Assembly (NCBI GenBank): GCA_943354835.1
Contig: CALRDH010000001.1
Span: 255,298 to 319,297, forward strand
DNA from: a candidate division WWE3 bacterium
Lineage (GTDB): Bacteria; Patescibacteriota; WWE3; 2-01-FULL-39-13
DNA: 64,000 nt
Reading direction: 5' to 3'
Shown here: piece by piece, positions 61,847 through 64,000 of the stretch
Layout of the letters: each line of letters starts with the position of its first letter
How positions within the stretch are numbered: position 1 is the first letter of the stretch
Notes under the pieces: generated by a model
What the model saw: only the letters and a program-made list of their open reading frames with translations
Told to the model about the DNA's origin: nothing
Databases searched by the model: none
Program-made: the position numbers and the translations under genes

Positions 61847-62584
61847 TTATTCGCAGCTCAAGCAGGATAACGTTTTTATGCCAAACTGATATACATTATG
61901 TTGTGATCTTTGGTGTGTGAAAACCATAAGCTCGTCGTGTTTATCGTTTGCTTCTGCGTACAATGTAAGCTGTAAAGCGGGACCGGTTTTGTAGTCGGGT
62001 TTGGTGAATTGTTCGTATACCTCGTTTCGGTCATTGGTTGAAAAAGGTCCAAATGTGGGTAGCCATGGAAATATCCTCGGATCATAAGTTATTATGGCTA
62101 TGCCATCATTTGATAAAAGTGATTTTATTTGCAAAGCGAATTCTCGGAGTTGGCTTTTTGGCATGCATCCAATTGTATAGTCAGCAATTATGATGGAAAA
62201 AATGTTTTCGCCAAATGATGGAGTGCGAAGATCACATTGTACTGCATTTATTATTGATCCACCTTGTGTTTTTTGCTCATAAAAAACATATGGACTTGTT
62301 GTATCTTGTATATTAGTAAATGGCTTTGCGTTTCTGTCTGCGATTACTGCATGGAAAGGTTTACCATAAAGCCTTTCGGTGTTTTCAACAAGATCTACGA
62401 AATCTCCGTAGGTGCCGTTCTTTGGATGCATGCCGCATAAAAGCATCCTGTTTTGGCTCCAAGGGTCTATTTCTTCATCAGGCATAAATCTTTCAATGAT
62501 CTTTTTATAAACTGGGGTTTGACGTCCAAGGTATGTTACAGTTGCGTCTTCATAATAATTATCGTAGTTTCCATATATTCGCAT
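61847..62584 (-). CDS. Hypothetical protein
   Basis: 245-aa ORF with no confident motif. Confidence 0.35.
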   Translation of the reverse strand: MRIYGNYDNYYEDATVTYLGRQTPVYKKIIERFMPDEEIDPWSQNRMLLCGMHPKNGTYGDFVDLVENTERLYGKPFHAVIADRNAKPFTNIQDTTSPYVFYEQKTQGGSIINAVQCDLRTPSFGENIFSIIIADYTIGCMPKSQLREFALQIKSLLSNDGIAIITYDPRIFPWLPTFGPFSTNDRNEVYEQFTKPDYKTGPALQLTLYAEANDKHDELMVFTHQRSQHNVYQFGIKTLSCLSCE

Positions 62585-62643
62585 TTTGTGGCTAATTCTA
62601 TACTATATATTTGTAAAATAAAACTTTTTGATACAATATCAGC

Positions 62644-64000
62644 ATGCCGAAAAACTTTGATAGCAAATCTATAGAAAATAAATGGAGAAAGATTTGGAAA
62701 GATAAAAAAATTTATGAGGTTGATATACAAAACGCCAAAAATCCATTTTATAACTTGTGGATGTTCCCATATCCATCTGGAGCAAGAATGCATGTTGGTC
62801 ATGCATATGCCTCAACCGGTTCTGATATAGTTGGACGTTTTCAAAGAATGCATGGAAAAGATGTCTTGCAGCCAATGGGTTTTGATGCCTTTGGTATTCA
62901 TGGCGAAAATTATGCAATTAAAATCGGAGAGCACCCTTGGACATTAATGGAGGATCTCTGTAATAGGTTTAGAGACGAGCAATTCGATGCAATAGGTAAT
63001 GGGTATGATTGGAGCAAAGAAGTCCGTACGTACTGGCCAGACTACTACAAGTGGACACAATGGATTTTCGTTCAACTTTTTAAACATGGTTTAGCCGAAC
63101 GCAAAAAAGCAAATGTAAACTGGTGTCCTGGATGTAAAACCGTATTGGCTGACGAGCAGGTAATTGCAGGTCAATGTGAGAGATGTCATTCAGAAGTTCA
63201 GCAAAAAGATTTAGAACAATGGTTTTTTAAGATTACAAAATTTTCAGATAAGTTACTTTCTAATCTTGATCACATTGATTGGAGTAAAAAGGTTGTCGAA
63301 GCACAAAGAAATTGGATCGGCAAAAGTGAAGGCGCTGAAATCACATTTAAAATTGATGGAAGTGACAAAGAAATAAAAGTTTTTACAACGCGTATCGATA
63401 CTATCTTTAGTGCGGCATTTTTAGTATTGGCTCCAGAACATCCTTTGGTCGGGGAATTAACATTAGGTGAGGATAAAACAGCTGTTGAGGAATATGTGGA
63501 AGTCTCAAAAAAGAAACCAACTATAGAAAGGACTTCAGAAGAAAAGGACAAGACCGGAGTCTCCCTCGGTAGCTATGCTATTAATCCTGCCAATAACGAG
63601 AAAATCCCTGTGTGGATTGCTGATTTTGTTTTGGGTTCATATGGAACTGGTGCAGTTTTTGGAGATGCTCATGATGAGAGAGATTTCGTATTTGCAAAGA
63701 AATACGAAATCCCTTTAAAAATAGGAATAATTCCAGATACACAAGATGTTTCAGAAATAGATTCGATTAAAAACCAAGAAAAATGTTTTTCCGGATATGG
63801 AGTTCTTATAAACTCCGGCCAGTTTGATGGACAAAAATCAGAAGAAGCAAAGTCAAACATTACAAAGTGGTTGAAAGAACTTGGAAGTGCTGATTTTGTA
63901 GTCAAATACAAACTCCGCGATTGGTTGATTTCTCGTCAGCGTTATTGGAGTGCTCCGATTCCTATGATTCATTGCGAGAAGTGTGGATGGTTGCCTGTTC
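62644..64000 (+). CDS. leuS: Leucyl-tRNA synthetase, 5' part (continues beyond window)
   Basis: N-terminus KWRKIWKDKKIYEV…MFPYPSGARMHVGHAYASTGSDIVGRFQRMHGKDVLQPMGFDAFG and zinc knuckle WCPGCKTVLADEQ. Open to window end. Confidence 0.85.
   Translation, partial: MPKNFDSKSIENKWRKIWKDKKIYEVDIQNAKNPFYNLWMFPYPSGARMHVGHAYASTGSDIVGRFQRMHGKDVLQPMGFDAFGIHGENYAIKIGEHPWTLMEDLCNRFRDEQFDAIGNGYDWSKEVRTYWPDYYKWTQWIFVQLFKHGLAERKKANVNWCPGCKTVLADEQVIAGQCERCHSEVQQKDLEQWFFKITKFSDKLLSNLDHIDWSKKVVEAQRNWIGKSEGAEITFKIDGSDKEIKVFTTRIDTIFSAAFLVLAPEHPLVGELTLGEDKTAVEEYVEVSKKKPTIERTSEEKDKTGVSLGSYAINPANNEKIPVWIADFVLGSYGTGAVFGDAHDERDFVFAKKYEIPLKIGIIPDTQDVSEIDSIKNQEKCFSGYGVLINSGQFDGQKSEEAKSNITKWLKELGSADFVVKYKLRDWLISRQRYWSAPIPMIHCEKCGWLPV

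Overview
AT-rich (~35% GC) bacterial fragment with short, densely packed genes. The gene content and rRNA-operon oddities are consistent with a reduced-genome Patescibacteria/CPR-like organism, but that is inference only. The window carries a sugar-catabolism cluster: GH1 beta-glucosidase, a GH-A hydrolase, a sugar kinase, pgk and a LacD-like aldolase. It also carries cell-envelope glycosyltransferases, and four PIN-domain toxin-antitoxin pairs (antitoxins of AbrB, Phd/YefM and RHH type). DNA-maintenance and quality-control genes include rmuC, pcrA/uvrD, ftsK, ligA, nth, radA, a Clp ATPase and rho; housekeeping genes include metG, hisS, the 5' part of leuS, trxB, mnmA, uppS, obg and rpsA. A VKOR/DsbA disulfide module is also present. 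There is one rRNA locus (16S, tRNA-Ile, tRNA-Ala, 23S, 5S). Its 16S gene is followed by its own terminator and a 175-aa ORF in the spacer. Five protein genes, including rsmG and tsaC, sit between tRNA-Ile and tRNA-Ala. The most interesting call is a likely T-box riboswitch leader at 26.3-26.65 kb. It has a promoter, a canonical antiterminator with a 7-nt UGGGACC bulge, and a terminator, and lies upstream of two unknown ORFs and hisS; the bulge G fits tRNA-His C73. Also notable are a 33-35 nt G/C-rich element inserted in-frame in two unrelated genes, GC-rich perfect palindromes inside a GT2 gene and hisS, and a Lon-derived AAA+ module with no protease domain that is translationally coupled to pcrA. 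All protein identifications rest on motif recognition by eye; no database search was possible.
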